From Bugula neritina (lineage: Eukaryota; Animalia; Bryozoa), in the NCBI GenBank assembly GCA_964035545.1, contig OZ037770.1, positions 2,542,001 to 2,606,000 on the forward strand: DNA of 64,000 nucleotides, written 5' to 3'. The notes beneath the pieces were generated by a model. That model was not told the origin of the DNA. It worked only from the letters and a program-made list of their open reading frames with translations, and searched no databases. Of the stretch, positions 30,271 through 64,000 are shown piece after piece (position 1 is the first letter of the stretch; each line of letters starts with the position of its first letter). A program made the translations under genes and the position numbers.

Positions 30271-33200
30271 TTAAACAGATGCTATTTTCCCAACTCTGAT
30301 ATCCAGTCTGTTGGACGATAAAGGAAGTTCAGACGGCGGACTTACTTCAGACTGAAAGTCTTTCTCTATATCTTCGTAATTCGTATAGATCTTGTTCCCT
30401 CCGAATTCCTCCTTCCTTTCAATTAGCAACTCTGTAACAGGTAATCAGCAACAGGCAATCAGCAACAGGCAATCAGCAACAGGTAATTAGCAACAGGCAA
30501 TTAACAACTGCTTAATGGACAATTGGCAACTCTGAGATATAACTCAAGTAATACATAATATATAACTCAAGTAATACATAATATATAACTCAAGTAACAC
30601 ATAATATATAACTCAAGTAATACATAATATATAACTCAAGTAATACATAATATATAACTCAAGTAATACATAATATATAACTCAAGTAATACATAATATA
30701 TAACTCAAGTAACACATAATATATAACTCAAGTAATACATAATATATAACTCAAGTAACACATAATATATAACTCAAGTAATACATAATATATAACTCAA
30801 GTAATACATAATATATAACTCAAGTAACACATAATATATAACTCAAGTAATACATAATATATAACTCAAGTAATACATAATATATAACTCAAGTAATACA
30901 TAATATATAACTCAAGTAATACATAATATATAACTCAAGTAACACATAATATATAACTCAAGTAATACATAATATATAACTCAAGTAACACATAATATAT
31001 AACTCAAGTAATACATAATATATAACTCAAGTAATACATAATATATAACTCAAGTAACACATAATATATAACTCAAGTAATACATAATATATAACTCAAG
31101 TAATACATAATATATAACTCAAGTAATACATAATATATAACTCATGTAATACATAATATATAACTCAAGTAATACATAATATATAACTCAAGTAACACAT
31201 AATATATAACTCAAGTAATACATAATATATAACTCAAGTAATACATAATATATAACTCAAGTAATACATAATATATAACTCAAGTAATACATAATATATA
31301 ACTCAAGTAATACATAATATATAACTCAAGTAATACATAATATATAACTCAAGTAATACATAATATATAACTCAAGTAATACATAATATATAACACAAGT
31401 AACACGGAAGAATAAATTAGCTATCACTAAGAATGTAGACAGTATATACAGAAAGACAAAGCACCAGTGAGAGCTAACCGCCAGTGCCTACCACTGTTGT
31501 CCTTGACATTGAAGAGGACGTGTTTGACGAAGGCCCGAACCCCGTTATCCGTGACGTTTCCGGGCTCGCAGAACGCCATCTTTAGCTTCTTTTTCATTTG
31601 CGCAGCCGAGTCCAACAAATCTATTTTTGAGGAGTCGTCCGATGAGCTCATCTTGGCTCCAGCGAGTCCAGGAACTGAGAAACACACGAGATGATAGACC
31701 AAAGGCTAGATAAGAGCAGAACTGAGGCTAGATAAGAGCAACTTGTAGAAAGTAGAGGGTTGGGGATGGATATTCAATAGAGACTAATACTGTGTAATTC
31801 AGGAAGAAAGATATTTATGTATACACATGCAAGAAATTTCGATCTTGGTTTGTGACCAGAAATATTTTGTCACGCTTTGGTAACTTTGATGTGTGTAGAG
31901 AAGATAACTAACAATAGTAGTAGTGATAACTCAATAGAACTGATAGAAGAATATGCATTCATAAGAGACATGCTGTCATTTCACTCTACATTTTAAATAT
32001 AGAATAGTTTCAGTTTACTCAATGAAGATAGAAACGGGTAGTATTTGTATAGATGTGGTCGGATGTTATATAAATATTATATATAATGACAAGGTATACC
32101 GTAGGCCTATGGAACAACCGCTTTGTAACTGCTTAAAGCCATGGATCTATTAGGTTACTGAATAGGGAACATACCGTGCCCCCCTCCCATTCCAATTTTC
32201 ATACTGTAAATATTTCACAGTACAATCTCAATTACTGCCTTGCTCACCAGTTTTAGGAGAAAATAGTTGAGGACCTACCCATAGGGTTCATGAGATGGGC
32301 CCTCTGCGCATAGCCCAGTTTGGGCAGATACTTTTCAGCAAATGTGAAAATCTTTCGCTGATCTACTCCACCGAACTGTGCATCACACTTCAAATATTCT
32401 TCATCGAGCGCTTGTAGACCAGGGTACAGCATTCCTGTAAGGAGCCGACATTATGTCATGACGTTATGTCACCGACTAACACAGCTATTTATTAAATCAT
32501 TACCCTTTCCAGTTGACCATAAAATGGCTGTAATATTTCAACCTGCATGTCTTGAATAATAAATAAGATAATTTGACTTGATAATCAGTCAAACTAATTA
32601 GGACAGAGTTACATTGGCTCTTTAAGTTGAGTCAGTCAAACTCATAAATTACGCTACAGTCATGGTATTTACTCAACACTAGGAAGTGTAGCTGTCATAT
32701 GCCTTCAAGCTAATTATTCTATCAGCAAAACTTTTATCATATTTATAAGGAAGTGGAGGAGGGCAAAGTTCTCTTTAATCATATTTCTGAGATGTAGTTA
32801 GACAATCTGGATACAACTCACGTAGCCGGTAAAACTGGCACAAGTGGCAAAGTAGGTAGAGATGGCACATTTTCAATATTATGTTAGGGGTGAGAGCGGG
32901 AGGATGGGGGTTTGAGTTTAGGGTTTGGGAAAATTTAACATCAGTTTGCCATTTTTACTTATTTTCCATTTGTGCCATTATTACCTAAATCATACACTAC
33001 AGTACAATACACAATTAAATAACCTAGACATACACTGCAGTAAGAGACATATTATATATTATATTATATATTATATAGTGCAGCACTATCTCAATACGAT
33101 ATTATATTCTACATATTATATTACATTATGCTCAACTGTATTATATGTTATACTACACCAATATCTCATACCATAGCATATTATATCAGAGTATATAATA

Positions 33201-34742
33201 CCATATGAACAACTATAAGAGTTTACCACTTAGCAAGGGATGGTCAACCTGCTTAACCACCTCAGCGCCGGCCTTTTTCGCGTCGTGCTCAGTTACCATA
33301 GACGACAGTCTGTAAATATGTCTAGACATCAATGGATTGAAGCACATTAGCTATAGAAATCAGTGTGGACAATATCACAAACTGCATACACAAACCACTA
33401 CCTAGAGTATAAGCTGGTAGAGCTCATTGCATGTAGTATCTTTACCTGTAGACGTCAAGTGTGTACTCTCGACTCAGTTCGTAGTCGGTTCCCTTCACGA
33501 ACTTGAGTTTCTCAAGTGGCACTTCGATGGACTTGAGCATGGCCTTGATGACTCTCTGGTAGTATTCACACCTCTTCTCAAGCAGCGACCACGGGGCCTT
33601 CATGTTGTCCAGGTAGGCGTGCAGGTCAGCAAACAGAATGGTTACCTGTAAGCATTCACGTGGTATGACATCATGTCGTCTGCATGTAGTCATGTGACAC
33701 CATGTGGTCTGCATGTAGTCATGTGACGCCATGTCGTCTGCATGTAATCATGTGACACCACGCTGTCTGCATGTAGTCATGTGACGTCTAGTATAACAAG
33801 GTGTCTGTGCGCAGTAAACATTATGAAAGGGCACTCTTCAAGCTTGAAACATACAGAATATTATATTTCTCTTAATAAACATAAAAATTAATATATACAA
33901 AAGGGCAAATGACAGACATCAAATTGCGACCAGCTTGTTCAAAATAGTAAGTATGCAGATTTACTCTGGATTTACGCAGGCACGAGCTAAAAGTGGACTG
34001 CGATAACAAACTAAAAACAAGAACACTATCTGGACCTGCCATCAGAGGTCAAAGGTTAGAGTCTGACGGACCTCTTTCACAGAGTCAACTTATGACTCAA
34101 CTTCAAATATTACAGCTTGCTTTCTTATACCACATGATTTAGCTGCCTAACATCTTATGTCATTCAGTAAACCCTAAGCTTAGCGTTTGCTACCAAGTCT
34201 TACCTCACATCCTGCTTTGAGGAAATCGGCCAGCTTGGACATGGGCACGAAGTAGGCTATGTGCGGTTTGCCGGTAGTGGCTGTTCCCCAGTAGACTTTC
34301 AGGTCTCTTTCCTTCAACACTGCCTTGATCTTATCTTCCCCCAACACTTCCTGGTAACACAGTAACCTAGATGTCTACATACTCACTGATTGGCTCATCA
34401 CTCACTCACTCACACACTCACTCACACACACTACTCACTCACTCACTCACTCACTCACTCACTCACTCACTCACTCACTCACTCACTCACTCACTCACTC
34501 ACTCACGATACTATATAAAACATTATACATAAACTTCCAAGTTGATGATTTAATATTCAACTAAAACGAACATAAATAACGCAAAGGAGTATTTGAAATT
34601 ACAATAGAAAAATTGCCTATTACCGCACACACAGCTGCCCGTGATAGCCAAGCATACAAACATATAGGTAATGGGTCCCATGACTAACCTGCAGGTTTCT
34701 GCTTATCAGTGCATATTTTTCGTCTACAGAAAGGCCGGCCAT
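30271..34742 (-). CDS. YARS1: Cytoplasmic tyrosyl-tRNA synthetase, copy 2, C-terminally truncated (possibly a pseudogene); exons 34689-34742, 34204-34350, 33446-33645, 33227-33309, 32279-32434, 31492-31674, 30346-30431, EMAP II stub 30268-30307
   Basis: Same exon lengths and phases as copy 1; HIAY and KMSSS motifs intact. Confidence 0.93.
30537..31404. repeat. 23-bp minisatellite (same unit as 21518-23766), about 37 units
   Basis: Direct. Confidence 0.97.
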
Positions 34743-37700
34743 GTTCGATTTGATTCCTGGAACCTAAGCACAATAACTAATATACGTAATACCATTGAAA
34801 TACATCAAATGCTTTAGTTACTCTTAGTTTAAGTGTAACTTTCTAATTCACCAGTGGCTATAAAATACTATTTGGGAGCAGCCATGGTCTAGGGGTTAGA
34901 GCATTTGCTAGTAAACACAAAGTATGGGTTTGAACCTCAGTAAAGGCCATTGGTGATGTTAGGAAGAGCATTCAGTCATAATTGCTCTTGTGTCACATAT
35001 GAATAAGTCATTAGCACGTTTTAGCAAACACCAGTTTCTTCAGGAGTTTTTTCACAGGAATGGCGACTATCAACTTGAGATTTTTAATAAAATATTATTT
35101 TTTATGAGATATTACTTATGAAGTAAAACCAGCAAAGGTTTGGCTCTGGCTCTAAGTTTTTTTCCCACAATGTCTTATTTTAAGCAGCAACCCAAACTAG
35201 TAAAAACAGTAGTTGTCCAAAAGCAACCTAGATAGTTACACAAACAATCATAATATTGGAATTACCTTCCCCAATGCTATACAATTATAGTAGAAGTTTT
35301 ATTCACTAATATGAAACAAAACTGATTAGAATTTATTCTAAACATATTTGCTTTAAGAGGTACAAACAACATCACCAGGGGCACATAATAAACAGTTTGA
35401 GCTTGAGCCATTAACTTTATATCGTATATCTATAGAGAAATATTTCAACAAGCAGCTAAGAACAGTTTTAGAGCTGTTTTAAATTTTGTGCACATACATC
35501 TACTAAACTTAGTAATGGTAGCCTTAAAGAATACTGATTATTACTAACTTTTATTACACACTATTCTAAGATTGATAACAAGCTTCAAATACATGTTATA
35601 TGAGCTGAAAAGTAAGAAAATAGATAAAGCAGTTATGCTACAGCAAAAGATGCTGTTTACTAAGCATTTGAAAAAATAGCCTGATTTCCACACATAATGA
35701 TAAAATGCTGTAGTAAAACAATATGTAACTGAAAACTGAAGTTTGATCAGAACAGTGGTAAATTATGTATCCAACATAATTAATTTTGTGTGGTAAAACG
35801 GTTGCAGCATCAAATTCAAATTTATTATTTAAATTCATCACCCAACCAAGAAATGGCAGAAAAAGGTGATGAAAAATTTCAATACTATTTCAATATATAT
35901 TAAATATAATTTTAATATGTATACATATTCAATGTAAAGCAAAATTAAAACATAAGTCGAGTTTAAGCAACATAATAAAAATGAGCTGCTAAAACGAACA
36001 CATATATAATTATAAATAAATCAATTTAGAAGCTTTATATTGAATTGTTTCCAAGCAACTGAAAGAAGCAGTCAATTTTATTAAAGTAATAGCTGTAAAT
36101 AAATTTTACCCCCTTCCGTGACTCATTTATTATAAACAACGCTCACAAACCAAAGTAATATAATAGCAATCAGTGAAATCAGTAAAGTTTTAAAAACCTA
36201 AAATTTAGCTACTCATTTTGCACACACATTTATAGCAAATTTGATAATTAGGTTAATGGTTAGATTAGATCTTTCAATACCTAATTTTGTGTAACATGAG
36301 TTACAGGCACACTTTGCAGCTCTTACTATCATACAATTAATTCATAAAATTAATTTCTAGGCACTTAAGTGACCTAGATTTAATTACAGTAGGTATATTG
36401 CAGTTAGAATACAACATTCGAAATTTGAGGGACTCATATTAATATTTAATTTGCTAGATAAAGTCTAAGTGAGTGGGTCATTCACTAAAACATCCATAAT
36501 AAAGTCATGGACTCTATCACCATGTTCATGGTACTTAGTATATCATTAGAAGTTGTGATCACCAGCAGGTATATCTGTCACCCTTACTATTTAAAGCAAT
36601 AATGATCTCAGAGTTTGACTGCTACATAAAATAAAAACTATGCTATATACTTTTGTTAATGATGGATGTTTAATTTTAACTCTAGTGCGAACAGAGCATA
36701 ATAGTAAGTCAGTCTGTAAGTTAGTGTTAAAGTAAACGTAGCTACTCATAAAAATATTTCTAAGCTTATGGTAACTACAGTGAGGTTTATGATTTTATGT
36801 ACTCATACTGTAAGTAATGATCAAAGTGACACCCCAAGACTGAATCCAATACCAACACTGAGCTTGGTGATTTATATTCACATGAATCATGTAAGAATTT
36901 AGTTTTACATCTCTAGAGTCAGTGAATAATTTATAGTTTAGCTTCAAGCTAATACTTATAGACTGAAGTATTATTATTCTCAGTATAAGTATAGATTAAA
37001 GTCACCCTGCAATCACTGTGGTTATAATTATGGCATTATTATAGCTATACTTTCTCTGGAGCTGAGAGTTGGCAATCCCAAGTCAGTTTTACAAGCATCT
37101 TGTGATCTACTCGAATCCACATGAACAGTAATGAAAGTATAATAGTCAGTATGAGTATCACTTTTAATACTACTAGTAATAGTCACTAATACCAATAGTA
37201 ACTGTAAGTTGCTAGAAGTAGAAGTGAATGTTAAAGTCAAATTGTCGTTTTGACAATTACAATCACTGACTGAGTTTTGATAAATCAATGATACTAATAG
37301 TAATAGTAATACTAGTCCTATTACTAATACTAAATTTAATAGTATTACTAGTATTAAATTTAATACCAATAGTAGTACTCATGCTTAACACTGACAGGCT
37401 TAACAGCGTAAGTATATATACCAATGTCAATGTGAATATCCCTGGCTACAGGCTAAAACCATAGTCCATAGTGGTAGAGAGTATCAGTATAGCTCTCAGT
37501 CTCACTCTGAGAGGCAGTTAGTAATGGTAATACTAATAGTAATATTAATACTAATAATAATAGTAATAAATAGTATAAGTAGTACTATTACTATTAGTAT
37601 TACTATTAGTATTAGTATTACTAATTCATTAATTCACACTCACTCTGACTCTCGGAGTGAGACCCAATCCCATACTGACAGTGATACTCATACCGATAGT

Positions 37701-40571
37701 GATACTGATAGTATGACTATCACTGTATCAGTGATACAGTGATAGTCATGATTATGATACTGTAACTGATACTCATACTCACTTGCTATGACTCATAGTC
37801 ATAGTGATTAGTCATAGTCATACTGATAGTCATACTGATACTCATACTGTGAGCCAATGTAATACTAATAGTTTACAATAAAATCAATTTAAATATTATA
37901 AATAATTTTAAAACACTAAATTTAAGTGCATAATCATAATGAATAGAAATAATATTCATTTTATCTATGGATCAAAATGAATGAAATTTCGTCAGACTAT
38001 AAAAGCCAACGTCTACATGGCTTAGCGCGGGTCTACTGAATTGTCACCTTTTGGTTTGGGGGTTTCACACATTTTATTGAACCTAAATATCGAAACTCAA
38101 GCAATATTCTGCCTTCTGATCTCTCGCTGAACTCACAATAATTATTATTCGCCCGATTAAATAAGTGTCAAAACTCTATAGTAACCGGTCGAAATGAACG
38201 GAAGACTTCATTGAAAAAGTACTCGCGAGTACGGAGTTATGAGCAGTTGAAATAAGGCCAAGTTTCAAATACTGAAAAGACAACTACCAAATATTTGCTC
38301 CGTGTGCCCATTTGATGCGCAGCAAACGATATTATAGAATATAGACCATGCAGACTTGTTGAATAGAAAACATTCGAATAATTATCATAATTAATGCAAG
38401 AATATAAAAGCTTAATGCAGTGGTGGTTTAATATTATTGGTGCAGAGAGCCAAAAGTGTTGGTATCTAAATAAATGCATCGAGCAAAGTTCTCTCCCTTG
38501 CTTGTTGGCCCAATATTCGTGCAGGGTAGAATCTAAAAAAATCAATGAGCTTTGCTAGGTTGGGTAACTAGCATGCAGTTGGCATATCCATGAAGTAAAT
38601 ACAATGCCCCATATTGTTCATTTAGTGAGTATACTGAGCATGTGCTGTCATCTCACAGAGATATATGACGTATCTTCCGTGAATATTGGATGCTAGGGTT
38701 ATGAAATTATGTGATGACCGTGGAGCATGTTGTGCTGTAATGATCTTGTGAGTTCAGGCAACTAAGCAGAAAACATAATTCCTGGCAGCTTCTAGGAATA
38801 GAAAAGGCCTTCAATAGAATAAGTAGAATAACTTTATTGAGCTATATAAGTATTTACAATAGTGTCTATTTGTGGTGAGCTCCAGTTGTAGACTGGCTAA
38901 TAATTGTGAGCTCGCCTTTTTATATATCAGCAAAAAATTCCCTTTCTAAGACTTCGTCCAATCTTTGGTCGCAGTTCGGCGAAAGTTAAGAGTGGCAGAG
39001 CTGGACCGTGGTGAAGATCCCCATGTTCAGGCGCCCGGCATTTCGACTGTGCCGATCCTCGACTGAAGATTGGTTCACACGAGAAAGTAACAATAATATA
39101 TATAAAAAATGTGGACAAGGTAATTCTAAAAACTATCACAGTGCTACCCCCTCTTCCTATGCTTATACTTGGAGCTATGTCTATATGCCAGTATCAAGCA
39201 ATTCTATCATGGTCAAAGTGTATTATGGCATTCCTTTGTGCCGCGCTGGGTGCCTATTGCAGCCCCCACCACCAAAACCTACGAACCAATCAAACTCAAG
39301 CTTGCCTTTAGAAAGAGGAGCTTCTGAGCGCCCAGACACACTTGGCTCCTCGAATTATCACTAAGCTAACTAGTGTATAACCTTTATTGCCTTAACTACT
39401 TTTACTTTGATGTAATTTTACTTCATTTACGTTATAAATACACTGGTTCTGCTGCATTTATACTCAGTTAATCTTTCTCAGACTTCCACGCAAAGAGAAG
39501 TATGTTTTAGCATTGCAACACACACACAACTCACAATTGTAGGAGCTCGCAAAACTACAGCAATGTGAACTTTATCAACATTCCCTTACGGTGACTCGAC
39601 TAGCTACAGTGCTATTGCGCCATAGGCCTTGTCATTTTTTTTTATTTTCCTCAATTAGTTTTTTCCAGTTTGTGATAAAATAAAACAAACAAACCAACAT
39701 GATATAATATTGTCATTATACAAGTTTGCTTTTGATCTTGAATGAGGTAATCAGCTTTAATTTCAGCATTGTTTTTGTTTTATATAAAATATAACTGTGA
39801 ATAAACAAAATATAATAAAAGGAAACATAATTATTAAAATAAAACTTATGCTGTACAGCAGCTAAACTGTGGCATCATGCATTTGTTTTAGTAAAAGATA
39901 AGAAGCTTTTTAACAGACAATATTACACGACCTCTACGACGAAGTAGCACATCACTGTGTGTGTTACTCTGCAGAGGTGATAGTAGCACACCTGGAAAAG
40001 ATGAAACCCTGTATACAATACATAATATTAACGCAAGCTGACCAAGGCTGGGTCTTCCCCCCCTGACACATTCTCTGATGTAATAAATATAATAAACTCC
40101 AAACTTCATTATTTCTGTAATGCTTTATACACAATCAATGCAGCTTACAAAAAGCGAGTCGTAAGACAAACTGTCTATGTCCATTGTCCAGTATATTAAT
40201 ATTCAGTGTTTATCCACAATAGAGTTGTCTAATTACACTACATATGATACAGTGTGCAATAGAGTAACACACCTAAACCTTTACTCATTTGAGAACCACT
40301 TGATACCATTGTAATAGTACACAAATTAAAAACAATTCATTCACAAAAAATAAAATACAAAAGGAAACGTTTTGCTACTGCTTAATACATTATGATAACA
40401 GCTGCAGGGTGGCTACATATCATCATGGACTGAGGCTAAGTGCTGTTGAGACTCCATAAATGTTGCTTGGCATTGTGGGTAACATTAATGCATTGTGATA
40501 GAGCAAATGCACCAAGAGTAGCTTGTTATGCTCGTGATGAGGCATTATGGGTACTAGTCTGCAGTGATGCA

Positions 40572-62839
<22,268 letters not shown>

Positions 62840-63079
62840 CTGTAGTGATAAGAACACCAGCTAAATATTCCTAGTATCAGTTAAATATCCACTAGTTACT
62901 AATTACTAGTTACTAGCTAATAGTTACTAGCTCCTAGTTACTAGCTAATAGTTACTAGTTAATAGTTACTAATTGACACCAGAACTAGAGAAACTATATG
63001 CAAATATAACTACTCATATAGCAGTCATATTGATGCATATATATATATATATATCTACATATTACAGTTATATATATAA

Positions 63080-63129
<50 letters not shown>

Positions 63130-63577
63130 CAGTCATATGTATATATTACAACCATATGCTGGTGTGGGAATTCTAATTCAAGTACTGAGATAACATGAGG
63201 TGTGCTCATTTTCAAGCAGGGGTAGCATCTAGCCTAGATACCAAACACAGTTTTATAACAGGGGGAGCAACTAGTATACAGTATGATAAAGTATTAGGAG
63301 CTGAGTTCCACCAACTATTAGGAAGAGTAAATGTCATGCTATGAGGTGATTTGTATCATACAATATTATACTGTATTATATTGTACTATATTACATAATG
63401 TTATATTATATTTTATTGCATCATATCATATTATATTACATCATAATATAATATATTGCATGTATTACATCATATTATATCATATTTTATTATATCATAT
63501 TATACTATATTATATTACATCATATTATATTCTGTTATATTACATCGTATTATACTATGTTATGTTACATCATACTA

Positions 63578-64000
63578 TAGGGGTAACGGGGGCACAAAGG
63601 TCATAGGGGTACAAAAAGTCGGCCAAATTGTGAGAAAACTTATTTACTTAGAGTTGTGATTTTTTTTTCATAAAAAGATATTGACATAAATATTCAGCCA
63701 TTGTAGTTTCAACACTTGCAGAACATAAATGTTGAAAAGGTGAGTGAAAAACTGTTTTTACCTACTTTTTGTAAAATTTTTAACATGTCAATGAAGCTTT
63801 ATAACTTTTTACACTCAAAGGCAACAAGCCTAGATTTTACTGATATTGTTGCCATTGCTTGTCTCTACATTGCTCAACTAGTATAACAGCAAACTCTAAA
63901 ATAAATTTTCCTCTAGGCACATTTATGTTCAATTTGGCCATCCGGGGCACAATGGGCCACGCTGACCGGGGCACAATGGGCCACCTGATTATTGTACCCT
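63578..64000. mobile_element. Probable left end of a Tc1/mariner-pogo-like DNA transposon (cut by the window edge)
   Basis: TA followed by TAGGGGTAACGGGGGCACAAAGG, with repeated subterminal GGGGCACAATGGGCCAC motifs. Confidence 0.5.

Larger units (their letters stand above)
21253..36938. repeat. Tandem segmental duplication of the TyrRS locus (~21253-29848 vs ~29940-36938)
   Basis: Collinear exons, introns, minisatellites, SINE and about 2.3 kb of upstream sequence. Confidence 0.93.

Noticed and set aside
29902-30299. Poly-Val and poly-Leu ORFs resembling membrane proteins
   Set aside because: (CTA)n microsatellite inside an intron.
37028-37860. Hydrophobic ORFs resembling signal or TM peptides
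   Set aside because: Degenerate (TAG/TAA/CAT) low-complexity DNA.
38000-38240. Candidate TyrRS promoter or non-coding first exon
   Set aside because: Only suggestive (CpG-richer sequence, CGGAAG motif); no direct evidence.
38740-39520. Possible solo LTR(s) and ORF 39008-39364
   Set aside because: TATA- and polyA-like motifs are present, but I could not find matching termini with a TSD, a PBS or a recognisable protein motif.

Overview
Eukaryotic (invertebrate-like metazoan), AT-rich, intron- and repeat-dense window; all host genes are on the minus strand. Left to right: (1) an LRR gene built from tandem 643-bp intron+exon cassettes, whose 138-bp exons differ mainly at solvent-exposed LRR positions while the introns are nearly identical; (2) a decayed Gypsy LTR retrotransposon (A) joined to an integrase fragment of another Gypsy family; (3) two orphan terminal exons, a palindromic (GTA)n/(TAC)n tract and an internally deleted hAT transposon; (4) two tandem copies of cytoplasmic tyrosyl-tRNA synthetase (YARS1-like) that share an internal deletion (no HPGDLK exon, only a stub of the EMAP II domain) yet keep intact ORFs and mostly synonymous differences; (5) a six-exon caspase catalytic region (THG/QACSG) whose introns hold two full-length Gypsy elements (B, C), with C carrying nested DNA transposons. 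All three related Gypsy elements use a tRNA-Leu PBS and a GTTAAAC-type gag-pol slip site, and carry an extra, apparently spliced 3' ORF (double zinc finger in A and B, coiled-coil tail in B and C). All coordinates and counts were read by hand.
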